Positions 52,401 to 63,945 of a DNA stretch of 64,000 nt are shown here, one piece after another. The position numbers were made by a program, and so were the translations under genes. Source of the stretch: Haliotis cracherodii (Eukaryota). Below the pieces are notes generated by a model. It was not told where the DNA came from. It did not search any database and saw only the letters and a program-made list of their open reading frames with translations. Where the stretch lies: positions 28,024,001-28,088,000 of the forward strand of contig NW_027266275.1 in the NCBI RefSeq assembly GCF_022045235.1, in the 5' to 3' direction. Every line of letters starts with the position of its first letter. Positions within the stretch are counted from its first letter, which is position 1.

Positions 52401-55400
52401 ATGTCGGCAATGCAAGACTGGCTTGCTTTGAATTCAGTTAACATCCTCCGTTTTTACCAGATTTTGCATCATCATATTTTCACCTCTTCCCAAGCTTGAA
52501 GAAGTAAATGTCTGGCAAGCATTGTGCAAATGATGATGATGTCATTTCTTCTGTGGAGGACAGTTTACCCCTCCAGGAGGAAGCCTTCTACACCAGTGGG
52601 ATCCAGGCACTCCCTGGCATTGTTGCCAGAAGTGTGTGAACTTTGGAATGGATTATGTTGAAGCAGTGTCTGAAACTCAGCAGAGTTAAATGAAAGAGCC
52701 TTCAATAATTGTAGGCCCTGTGGAAAAAGTGTAGGCCCTGTGGAAAAAGTGTAGGCCCTGTGGAAAAGTGTAGGCCCTGTGGAAAAAGTGTAGGCCCTGT
52801 GGAAAAAGTGTAGGCTCTGTGGAAAAAGTGTAGGCCCTGTGGAAAAAGTGTAGGCCCAAGCAGTTTGCTGCATCAGGGAGACATACTCTCGGAGGATAAA
52901 TTACAGAACACAACCAGGCAACCAGAGACTTAGTGGTGATAAATGATGTCTACATTTATCGGGAAATTATCAATTTGTGAAACATCTTTGCAACTTCTGG
53001 TACATGTCATACACCATTTGAAAGGTCTAATTCTCATATTTATAAATATGAAAGTTATGTTTATCCCATTACTTAAATAATGCTTAAAGGGGAAGTGTAC
53101 ACGCAAAAATCACTTTCTTTCTTTTTCTAAACAAAACGCAATTTTAGAATTAGTTAGTATCTGTGTTTGAAAATATACACTCATTTTTTTCACAGTGAAA
53201 GTAGGAAGCTCACAATAGTGTGAAAGTGATATGCCGTTATGAGGCCTTCGTTTTACGAGCGAAATAGGCCTGAGTTATCCCCCTTAGATTATGACGTAAT
53301 TGGTGCCAATTCAACTGGGTCCCTGTCTATTCTCAACGCAAAAGATATCAAGGACCAGTGTGCAGTAAAACAACATGGTCTACGACACACTCGGGCGCAG
53401 GGTGACTCAGCATAACACAATTCTGGCTGGCATCTGAGATGCTAGAATCACAAAACTGTACCTACACCACGTGAAGCGGCTCTAACAAAGCATGATGACG
53501 TCATAATGTTTATCAATTGGCACCAATGACGTCATATTGCAAGGGGCATAAGCCATGGTGTTTTTGTTATGGAAAGAGAACACTTGGTAAATGTGAAAAA
53601 TATAAATCGTTTTAGTGCAAAAAATATGTTAATTAAATATGATGTTTTTATATTTTTGTCTATGACACTTCTATGTTAACACTTTTAATGTGGAAAAAGT
53701 ACAAGAAAAAATGGTTCATTTCCGTGTGAACTTGCCCTTTAATAAATCATTACTTAAGTAAACTGCATACCATAAGGGCCTATTGAAAATAAAGACTATC
53801 AGCCCCAGAACAAATCTCTCTGCCTCTGGCCTACGGGCTGATGTCTATTTTGAACACTGTTTTGAAGAAAGATGAGCAACCAACTCCATCAACGCAGGCC
53901 ATCTCCATCACTCGTCATACATGTACAGATTTATATCAGTTATGATATTTTATCTTTGAATGGAAGCTTGAAATCAAGAATAATAATCTCATCAGCACTC
54001 TAGTCAGGAATAATCATATACACAGCAACCGTTGAACAAGCATATCACATGATTTCAAAAATGGAGATCTGAGGAGTTTGGTACTTGGCATTTGTGTTTT
54101 TATCTCTCGGTCATGTGGTTACCAGAAATATGAAAGCTATGTTCATTGATTAATCTGAAACAAAACAGGCAAAACAATTTTCTATAGTCACTAACCATGC
54201 TAACAACATGTTTTCTGCATTGGTATGTTTTCTTCTTTAGGTTTTTGTTAACATGGTTAACAACGCTTTTGTTACATACACTTGATCTTTGGACCCGTGA
54301 AAATCCGGGGTAGAATAGGTCTTCTGCAACCCATGCTTGCCGTAAAAGCCAACTATGCTTGTCATAAGAGCCAACTAACGGGATAGGGTGGTCAGGCTCA
54401 CTGACTTGGTTGTTGCATGTCATCGTATCCCAATTGAGCATGTTGAGTGGATTGATGCTCATGATGTCAATCACTGGATTGTCGGGTCCGGACTTCATTA
54501 TTTACAGACCGCCGTCATATAGCTGGAATATAGCTGAGTGTGGCGTTAAACAACAAACAAACAAACAAAAACACTTGATCTTTGCTCATTCAGTCTATTG
54601 TGATCATTGTTGTTTGCAGCAAATTCTACCTCTACTCAACACATGACAATCACTGAGCGAAACAGAAGACCTTTCTTCAGCAATGGCATTGAGTTGTAGT
54701 AAGGTGTGAGTGGTACAGCCAGATATGTGTTCTTGTTTCAGGCTTCATCAGTGGGCCACTGAGTATCTTGAGGCGCTGTGTTCAGGAGAAGCTGCAGACA
54801 TACATATGGACTCGCAGTGCATGCAGTGTTCGGGGGATTCTCAGAGGATATGTTGTAGCTTTCGACAAACACTTTAATTTGGTAAGGGTTAACAGTCTGG
54901 AAGTTGTTATGTCAGGTGACCATTCTCAAGCCCTCAAGGGGCGGTCGGGTAGCCTAGTGGTTAAAGCGTTCGCTCGTCACGCCAAAGACCCGGGTTCGAT
55001 TCCCGACATGGGTACAATGTGTGAAGCCCATTTCTGGTGTCCCCCGCAGTGATTTTGCTGGAATATTGCTAAAAGCGACGCTAAACCATACTCACACTCA
55101 CTCAAGCCCTTGATCGTTTGTCCTACCATGCCCACAAAGCAGGTTAATAATGGATTGTCTTTGAATTGTTCACAGTGCTAAATATGACTCTGTTTCATCA
55201 TTCCTACTGAAGTTTAGAATTACACTCAGTACAGTCGACTTGGTCTGTTTTGTCAGCATGCTCCATATGTTGGAGATCAACGAAGTACACAATGGTACAA
55301 TCAAACCTATTTATTTCTTATTGTCTGCAGGCAATGATTGATGTTGATGAAGTCTACAGAATTCCCAGTGTTTGCAGGAAGAAAATGAAAAAGGTACAAA

Positions 55401-56222
55401 TATATATATATTTAAAATTTAAAACAATACTTCTTCTGACATGTTTCTTTCGTATCATCAGGGAGAATTATCATCATATTGTATCATCAGATTCTCCCTG
55501 ATGATACAAATGAAGTATGTCGGAGGAAGTATTTGTCGTTGTGTTTTGTTTTAAATGTATAATATATTGGAATGTACACTCGAATTGTAAGTACATTTAT
55601 TTATGTTAATATATATATCTTTATGTGTTCAATATCCAGTTTGTTAATATCACTATTCATAGGTCCTGTTTTGTATGTTTAGGGATGAGTTTTGATAATG
55701 TAATATGTTAACATCTTTTTTATGGAATATGGAAGCTGTATCAATGCTGACACAGTTGCCTTATGGATTTGAGCTTCTACATTCTTTCAATGTGATGTTT
55801 CAATAAGGATGCTAGTATCTTATCGAGCAAGTGATCAACAACTGGGTAGGACATGGTTAGGTAGCTAACATTACATATCTTCTTGTTTCTGACAGATGAG
55901 AGATGTAAAACAAGATCGTCTGGCTCAAGAAAAATCTGCAGATGTAGAGATGGAAGAAGCTGATGCAAGAGCATCCTCTCGCAGTGAAGATCAACGCAGA
56001 CATTTCATATCAGAGCGATTATCCTCCACACAGACAACCCATCGCTCTACCTCAACAACTCATACACACCAAACCTCAGGTCAGGTCTCGCAATGTGAAA
56101 CACCTCTGCCACGTGAAGCAGCCTGGCTTGGACTGAGACCAGAAGATGTTCAGTGGCGACATGTGAATCAATTGTTCATAAGGGGAGATAATGTGGTGTG
56201 TGTCAATCTTGTTGGTACTTGA
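49493..56222 (+). CDS. LSM11: U7 snRNA-associated Sm-like protein LSm11, 4 exons, 296 aa
   Basis: Exons 49493-49853, 54742-54881, 55331-55393, 55896-56222(TGA). N-terminal FDPLRALY/FNNVAEYES; Sm1 GPLSILRRC..VRGILRGYVVAFDKHFNL|AMIDVDEVY; long insert; Sm2 RHVNQLFIRGDNVVCV. Confidence 0.95.
54292..54570 (+). mobile_element. SINE family A, full length, 14-bp TSD
   Basis: TSD acacttgatctttg at 54278-54291 and 54571-54584; (AAAC)n tail. Confidence 0.92.
54938..55100 (+). mobile_element. SINE family B, full length, 10-bp TSD
   Basis: tRNA head with A box tagcctagtgg and B box gggttcgattccc; TSD ctcaagccct at 54925-54934 and 55101-55110. Confidence 0.92.
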
Positions 56223-56450
56223 AGGAGATAAATCAGATGACAACTGCTGTGTTTGGTTTACATTTGTTTTTATTTGTTTTAGTTTTTAAGTCAACAGATC
56301 TGGAAAATAATGAAGCTCCTCTAAAATCTGACTCTATTTGATGTCCCTGAAATCCCACATTTAGACATGGTTTTCAGTATGTATTGGGTTGGGTAATACA
56401 TGTACTCAGTGGCTGACTATACCTTTGGAAGATTGAAGAGAGTAAGATTA

Positions 56451-56773
56451 CCGTATTCGACGTAATAAGCGCCCAGGGGGCTCTCAAAATTAGAAATAGG
56501 GGGCTCTTATTAGAATATTATTTTGGTGAAAAAACAGAGTTGAAAGATAAGTTTCATGGTTTATGCTGACAGCCTGAAATGTTTATATACAGATATATTT
56601 TTCCAGAATTTAATTGCCCATAATTGAGGGTGCATATTACACACGAGTGCGTATTATACACGAATAAATAGATCTTGTGTACATTGATCAATCGGAAGGG
56701 GTGCTAATTGGGATTGTTCACTAGCCAATATATTAGCAATTATCGCTGTGGGCGCTTATTATGTCGAATACGG
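56451..56773. mobile_element. Tc1/mariner-type MITE, TA TSD
   Basis: ta|ccgtattcgacgtaataagcgccca ... tgggcgcttattatgtcgaatacgg|ta. Confidence 0.88.
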
Positions 56774-57086
56774 TATTCATGTTTCATTTACTCCAAAGTT
56801 ATATATTTGGTGTATATGTTGTGCCTACACTTTTCTAATTAAAAGATCCATGAAGTACATAAATGAGTACTAGGTGTATGCCTTACTTAAGAATAAGATA
56901 TATGGTGTCAGTATTGACGATACAAGAATGTCGAAGCCATATAAGAAAATACACAGGTACGGTTGGAATGATGGTAAAAAGATGGTACTTGTTGTTACCC
57001 TGTCTGGCGCTCGGCATTAAGGGGCTAAAACAAGGACTGGTCGGCTCGGAGTGGGTATACAGCGAGCGCGCACACGCACACGCTCA

Positions 57087-57087
<1 letters not shown>

Positions 57088-57147
<60 letters not shown>
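57088..57147. repeat. (CA)n microsatellite inside a family-D SINE
   Basis: About 30 CA units. Confidence 0.95.
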
Positions 57148-57150
<3 letters not shown>

Positions 57151-57544
57151 GCTATGTAAGTGCAATAATCTTGGACACAATGTTAAACCCCATTTCACCT
57201 CACCTACTCTTGGACAACATATGCTAATGAGAATAGAGTATGATTATGCAGGTGATGTGTGGATGTAAGGTAAAGACCTGGAAGAGGATGTAGGAAGTAT
57301 ATTAGATGCCTTTCCGTGAAGAATAATTCTAGTTCCCTTATTAAAGTTATAGTGAAGATATATACATCTATATAGCAGACCTGTCCAAACCATGTGTGTC
57401 AGCTTGTAACTTTAAGAACTGTACACGTATAATCTACAAACACATTTGAAATCTCGTGACATTAACTAATAATCAAATTAATAACAACTTTTACTATTGT
57501 GGAAGTCAGATTGCAATTGGTGATGGGTGAAATAATCTTAAAAG

Positions 57545-57976
57545 ATTTTTTTGTTTTTGTTTTTTGTTTAATGCAGCACTCAGCAATCTTCCAGCCTTGT
57601 GACCATGTTCTGTAACTAATCAAGTCTGGGCCAGACAATCAAGTGATTGACATCATGAGCATCAATCTACGCATTTGGGATACGATGACATGCATCATTG
57701 AGCCTGACCACCCAATCCCGTTAGTCGCCTCTTACGACAAGCATGTGTTGCTGAAGACCAAAAAATAATATATGGGTCCCGTTCCACAACACGTTCATAG
57801 GGCTATGATTGTTGTAAGTCTATGTTAAGCATGGTAGTTACAATCCCTTAGAGTGAGTGAGTATTGTTTTATACCGCTTTTAGCAATATTCCAGCAATAT
57901 CACTGTAGGGGACACCAGAAATGGGCTTCATACTTTGTACCCATGTAGGGATGATTGCTTTATGGAATGGGACCCT
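57545..57976 (-). mobile_element. Cluster: family-A SINE (57545-57760), then a Harbinger-like MITE interrupted by a family-B SINE fragment (57851-57950)
   Basis: Homology to other copies in the window; MITE ends gggtcccgttcca / tggaatgggaccc. Confidence 0.8.
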
Positions 57977-59107
57977 GAACTGGAATATGGAGTGCAGTCT
58001 TCAGTACTGATGACACAACAGCACATGCCAGTATGCTCAGGTCGAGTTGTTTCATCATTGTTTTAAGTCGCAGCTGTCTGTAAATAATCAAGGGTTGAAC
58101 CTTGCAAACCCCTGGTAGATATTATGAGCGAGGCCCCTTGCCATTACTGGCATCAGGGTATGGTGACATGCAATCAACCCGCCCGGTCTATTTCATTGTC
58201 ATCTCCTTTAGGACAAGCATTTATTGCCGGGAAGACATTCTAACCTAGGATCCACACGGGATGTGGTATCTTGCCCGGGTGGCATGGTGAATATACCTAA
58301 AGGAGAAACATCCAGTTGCACCTTCTACACAATATCAAGAGTGCCTTCATGGTCTAGTGGATAGAGCGGTTACCCTCACTGGCACTCTGAATGAAGGAGA
58401 TAAAACAAGGACTGATCAGTCTGTTAAACCATAGCATAGTATCTCAGTAGGCTGGCACCATAAAACCGCCATAAAGTCCGGACTAGTCCAAGTAGCCACA
58501 CATATATGCATACAACACTATGTAAGTGAAATATTCTGGAATTCGTTAAAACCCATTTCGCTTCATTTCTACACTATATCATGTTGTTAATGCAATGAAA
58601 TAAGAGCATGTATTTATTGTCTTGTAAACCAGATCACAAGAAAACAGACAGCTTCATGGAATGTGTGCATAGTGACTATCATTCATTATTCACCAACATT
58701 CAAACTATATCACATTACAACACTGCCAAACTATTACTTGCGTGCATCCATTTATCCTTATTATGCAAAATGACTTATGCATGATAATAATCTCATTACC
58801 AACCTCATGTCACAGTCAATTTGAAACCAGATCATTTAAACATATGTTGTGTCTGGATGAATCATCTATTATTTTTTCAATCTTTTTTGTTAATGCAGCC
58901 AGTAACGTTACAGCCGCATTACAGCTGTCACGGTAGCCAGTAAGCCTGGACAGGCCAACAAGTGGATGACAGCATGGGCGATGATCCTTCCAGGAACGTG
59001 GACACACACGCACATGGTACTATGGGTCTACTCGGTATTCTTTCCTTTGGCAGGACATTTGAGATGTTGGTTTGAGGTTGTATGGGTGGTCAATATTATA
59101 CGCTTCA

Positions 59108-62100
59108 TCAGACTTCTTGTGTAGACGTTTTGGTGTAGTTGAAATAATAGGTCTGGTCAAATGTGCCGTCATCTTGGTAGTTCATGTAGAAGTTCTCGAT
59201 GACGGCGTCTGCAGCGTCTTGAACGTTGGGAAACGTGTGACCACTTAGACGAGCTGAAACACACAGCATCCTTCAGCATACTGACAAGGCTATAGTTTGG
59301 GTTACAGTAAGTGAATGTTACTAACGCTGCCGTCATCGTATCCCATTGCGTGGATCGATGTTCATGATGCCAATCACTGGATTGTCAGGTCCAGACTCGA
59401 TTATTTACAGAACGCCGTCATATAGCTGGAATATTGCTGAGTGCGGCGTTAAACAAGAAACAAACAAGCCAACGCTGTAGTCAGCAGTATTCCGACCATA
59501 TCACATCAAGGCTTGTATAAGGGGTGTGCACCAGACAAAACTGTGACTAAAAACATGAGGAACGACCTATACACGTAGTCTCGCAAACACATAGCCATTC
59601 AAGACACCCACCCAAAGGCTTACAAATACACCTGAACCGTGAAGATCCGGGATAGAATAGGTCTTCAGCAACCCATATTTGCCGTAAAATGCGACCATGC
59701 TTGCCGTAAGAGGCGACTAACGGGATCGGGTGGTCAGGCTCGCTGACTTGGTCGATGCATGTTATCGTATACCGATCGTCGATCGATGCTCATGATGCCC
59801 CACACTGGATTGTCTGGTCCAGACTCAATTACTTACAGACCGCCGTCATTACCTGGAAAATTGCTTAATGCGACGTTAAACAATAACAACAACAACAACA
59901 AGAAAAGTACACATAAATCTGATCCCATAGTCACGTCCCGCCGAAAATCATGGTTCGATTCCCAATAGGTTGGAAAATTGCTAAAATACGTTCGCTCACT
60001 GAGTCGCCAACTAAGGATGAAAACAACGTTTACCTTCGCCGATGAAGAAGGAGGAAAAGTAGTGTGAGATGAGGACTCCATTGCTGGTATGGTCCAGCGC
60101 TTGCTTGGGGTTCCAGTCGAAGTTGATCACCTCGGGGTGCCACTGGGTGCCATAGAACGGGTACTTGTAGGCTGAAGCGAAGGCAGTATCGAGATGATGG
60201 CCATAACGAGACGTCCTGGGGCTTTATACACAAAAGTATATCGTTCAAAGGACCTGTTGGATGTACTGGAATATAATGTGTCGTGGGTCTCAAGTAGTCT
60301 GTCATACAGACCCTGATACAAATATATCCATAACAGCCCGTTCAAGTCTATAATGTTAGGCAAGTTTAGATTACTGCAGTATCTGAAAATGAAGAGTCTC
60401 TGGGCTCCTATTTACTATATTTTTATTACGATAATTTAACAACTGTATTTTTTTTCTGTAAGATATGTTCATTTCAGAGACTATAATAGATGTCTAGGTC
60501 CCATGCATTGTTTGACTCTACATTGTATGTATTCTACTGAACTTTTGATAGGGATATTTTTATCTTTCCCGGTTACACAAAACTGGTTCTCATATGTCAG
60601 GTGTATATTTAAATGGTATGGTATATATAGTTATCCATATCAATAGTTGAGTAATATATTTAAGCTCTGAATGAAAATATATTATGTCTCAAACAAAATA
60701 TCATGTATATTATAATCCATGACACTGCTTTACCGGATGCTGATTCCAGTCCATCAGCAGCCAGAAATGACACAGGAAATGCAGCCGTCGTATCTTTGAG
60801 AAAGGAATATTCATCCAATACTAAGTATCAGATCTCGGATTGTGTTCATCATTCGAATGTGTAACTTGTATTTGAATCCCTTAACCTCACCGATCCCTGT
60901 AGTGTATGCCAATCTCGCATCGTCTCTACTCTCTGCTACAGTCATCAGTACCCGCCTGTCCTCTCAATACCTTCTGGGGGCACGGGTGGCCAAGTTGTCA
61001 AAGGCGCCGCGATGCGCTGAGCAGAGTCGCGTCCCTTGGGCACGCCAGAAACCTATGATTGTAGATTCAAATCCCGGTTCGCCCCGATTATGTTTCTAGG
61101 TTTGTCAGCACCATACCCGTGCTCGTGGGTTTCACCGAAGTGGTAAACGTCTGAGACCTGCATCACTTGGGGCTTTCCTCCCACATTAAGCTGACACGTC
61201 TCGATAAAACTGGAATACTGTTAAAAGCGGCGTTAAACCCAACTCACTCACTCACTCAATACCTTCTATGGTGGACGCAAACACCTTCCCCTTCCGGCCT
61301 CTGTTTGTGGAGATGAGTCTGTAGAAGGAGGTGAGCGACTTGGTCTGGTTGTACGTCTGGGGACAGAATATATACAGCATATGATGTTTGTTTGTTGTTT
61401 AACGCCGCACTCTGCAATATTCTAGCAATATGACGACGGTCAGTAAATAATCGAGTTAGACAATCCAGTGATTGATATCATGAGCATCGATCCACACAAT
61501 TGGGATACAATAACATGCATCAACCAAGTCAGCGAGCCAGACCACCCGATCCCGTTAGTCACCTCTTACGACAAGCATGGGTTGCTGAAGACCAATTCTA
61601 ACCGGGGTCACCACGGGTAACAGCATATGAACATGGCATGGTTAAACCAGAGGATGTTGTTATTTATACGACAGAACGTCCCTAATACATATACATCATA
61701 TGAACTTTGCAAGGCCAAACCAGGGATGCTGTTGTGATATAAGTAAGAACGTCTGGAAACAGAAAGCACACTTTATTGTTAAACCAGGGCACATTGCTTC
61801 AGTATTGCTCCTTAAAGGATCTAGCAATCTGATTTACCTGTCTCCGTCTTCTAAAAAAGACACATGTCGGCTGATCGGCCTGTGGGGATATCGTGATGTC
61901 TCTTGTCACATCAGCACTTAGAATTACCATACGTCCGATGGCGACCACACGAACACAAAGAAATACTCCCCCGAAATAATTCTTTGAATTCGTAGTGATA
62001 TTAATTTGTTACATGTGTCAAAAGACCTCCATGCCTCACCTCCAGCAACAATCCGTAGTGGTGGAAGTTGGGGGTGACGTTCTCAGTGGTCAGTATGTGA

Positions 62101-62146
62101 AACGTCTTCGATGATAGTCGACTCAACAGCCTGCTGGACTTGGCAT
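59108..62146 (-). CDS. GGH: Gamma-glutamyl hydrolase (peptidase C26), last four exons; gene begins right of the window
   Basis: Exons 62146-62040, 61356-61263, 60171-60034, 59253-59108(TGA) join in phase: SRLLSRL..LTTENVTPNFHHYGL|..SFYRLISTNRGRKGKVFASTIE|AYKYPFYGTQWHPE..DHTSNGVLISHYFSSFFIGE|ARLSGHTF..FDQTYYF. The catalytic HPE motif is present. Confidence 0.93.
59634..59901 (+). mobile_element. SINE family A, full length (a truncated copy also at ~59331-59470)
   Basis: Head gaaccgtgaagatccgggatagaataggtcttcagc; (AAC)n tail. Confidence 0.88.
60976..61254 (+). mobile_element. SINE family C, full length, 13-bp TSD overlapping a GGH splice donor
   Basis: TSD ctcaataccttct at 60963-60975 and 61255-61267; tRNA-like head; (CTCA)n tail. 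Confidence 0.92.
61385..61619 (-). mobile_element. SINE family A, full length, 11-bp TSD
   Basis: TSD acagcatatga at 61374-61384 and 61620-61630. Confidence 0.9.
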
Positions 62147-62157
62147 CTGGGGGATAG

Positions 62158-63480
62158 CATTGATCAGAGCATGATTTATACAGTGCACGTGTTATCCTTA
62201 ACAACACAACATTGACCAGAGCATGATTTATACAGTTCACGTGTTATCCTTAACAACACAACATTGACCAGAGCATGATTTTTACAGTGCACGTGTTATC
62301 CTTAACAACACAATATTGACCAGAGCATGATTTATACAGTGCACGTGTTATCCTTAACAACACAACATTGACCAGAGCATGATTTATACAGTGTGCGTGT
62401 TATCCTTAACAACACAGCATTGACCAGAGCATGATTTATACAGTGCATGTGTTATCCTTAACAACACAGCATTGACCAGAGCATGATTTAAACAGTGTGC
62501 GTATTATCCTTAACAACACAGCATTGACCAGAGCATGATTTATACAGTGCACGTGTTATCCTTAACAACACAGCATTGACCAGAGCATGATTTATACAGT
62601 GTGCGTGTTATCCTTAACAACACAGCATTGACCTGAGCATGATTTATACAGTGCATGCGTTATCCTTAACAACACAACATTGACCAGAGCATGATTTATA
62701 CAGTGCATGTGTTATCCTTAACAACACAACATTGACCAGAGCATGATTTATACAGTTCACGTGTTATCCTTAACAACACAACATTGACCAGAGCATGATT
62801 TTTACAGTGCACGTGTTATCCTTAACAACACAATATTGACCAGAGCATGATTTAAACAGTGCACGTGTTATCCTTAACAACACAACATTGACCAGAGCAT
62901 GATTTATACAGTGTGCGTGTTATCCTTAACAACACAGCATTGACCAGAGCATGATTTATACAGTGCATGTGTTATCCTTAACAACACAGCATTGACCAGA
63001 GCATGATTTATACAGTGTGCGTATTATCCTTAACAACACAGCATTGACCAGAGCATGATTTATACAGTGCACGTGTTATCCTTAACAACACAGCATTGAC
63101 CAGAGCATGATTTATACAGTGTGCGTGTTATCCTTAACAACACAGCATTGACCTGAGCATGATTTATACAGTGCATGCGTTATCCTTAACAACACAACAT
63201 TGACCAGAGCATGATTTATACAGTGCATGTGTTATCCTTAACAACACAACATTGACCAGAGCATGATTTATACAATGTGCTTGTTATCATTAGCAGCACA
63301 CCATTAACCTGAGCATGATTATTACAGTACATATGTTATCCCAACAGCACAGGACTAACAAGAGCATGATTTATACAGAGGACGTGGTATTAACATCTCA
63401 TCATTGTCAAGAGCATGATTTTTAAAGAGCATGTGTTATCTTTAACAACACATTGACCAGAGCATAATTTCTACAGAGCA
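62158..63480. repeat. 52-bp minisatellite (~25 copies) abutting a GGH acceptor, with a 520-bp higher-order repeat
   Basis: Unit cagagcatgatttatacagtgcacgtgttatccttaacaacacaacattgac. Confidence 0.96.
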
Positions 63481-63529
63481 CAGGACAACGAATTAAAAAC
63501 ACACATAAACGAAAGATTTAGCAGCTATT

Positions 63530-63945
63530 ACAAATAGCGAATAGAATGTCTTTTGATATCAAATGCATCAACATGAGTTGATAAAGTAGGAAAACTCCGA
63601 GGCTTGCCGAGGATGTTTTCCACTTTTATCAACAAGTGTAGATATATTTGATATCAAAAGACACGAGGGTTTGGATTTTATTTATCATCCAACACCATTA
63701 TTCCAACTTTTTCAGTTCGTAGACAGTAATAAGCAGTGTCTTAAGTGTAAAAATTACTGCTGACAGCTTCAGTAGCAGAGCCATTAGTGATGTCATTTGA
63801 TTGTGACGTCATGGTAACCAATGGCGTCACAATGGTCTGCAAAGCATTGTGATGCAATTTCATTGCAGCGATATCTACAGTGTAGATATCGCTTGATCTC
63901 ACCCAAGCGATATCTCCTGTGGGAGCCAGTTTGGGATGATAAATA
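63530..63945. mobile_element. Non-autonomous element with a long internal palindrome (Crypton-like, tentative); end fragment also at ~18555-18612
   Basis: Arms tgtcttttgatatcaaat...gttgataaa / tttatcaac...atttgatatcaaaagaca surround cgaggcttgccgag. The 3' end cccaagcgatatctcctgtgggagccagttt..ggatgataaat is shared with 18569-18611. Confidence 0.55.

Larger units (their letters stand above)
30105..54148 (+). repeat. 12,021-bp direct tandem duplication (copy 1 30105-42125, copy 2 42126-54146)
   Basis: All ORFs recur at +12021 with identical translations. Junction ...gctatgttcat|tg|tcgactcattg has a 2-bp tg microhomology; unique sequence resumes at 54149. Confidence 0.97.

Noticed and set aside
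54938-55015. tRNA gene
   Set aside because: The tRNA-like part is followed by a SINE body, a (CTCA)n tail and a TSD, and there are several diverged copies.
49493-56222. U7 snRNA, histone stem-loops or intronic snoRNAs near LSM11
   Set aside because: I recognised none by eye; a cmscan against Rfam would be needed to exclude them.
59105-59110. TGA TGA at the GGH end as selenocysteine or readthrough
   Set aside because: It falls after the homologous C-terminus, and I recognised no SECIS.
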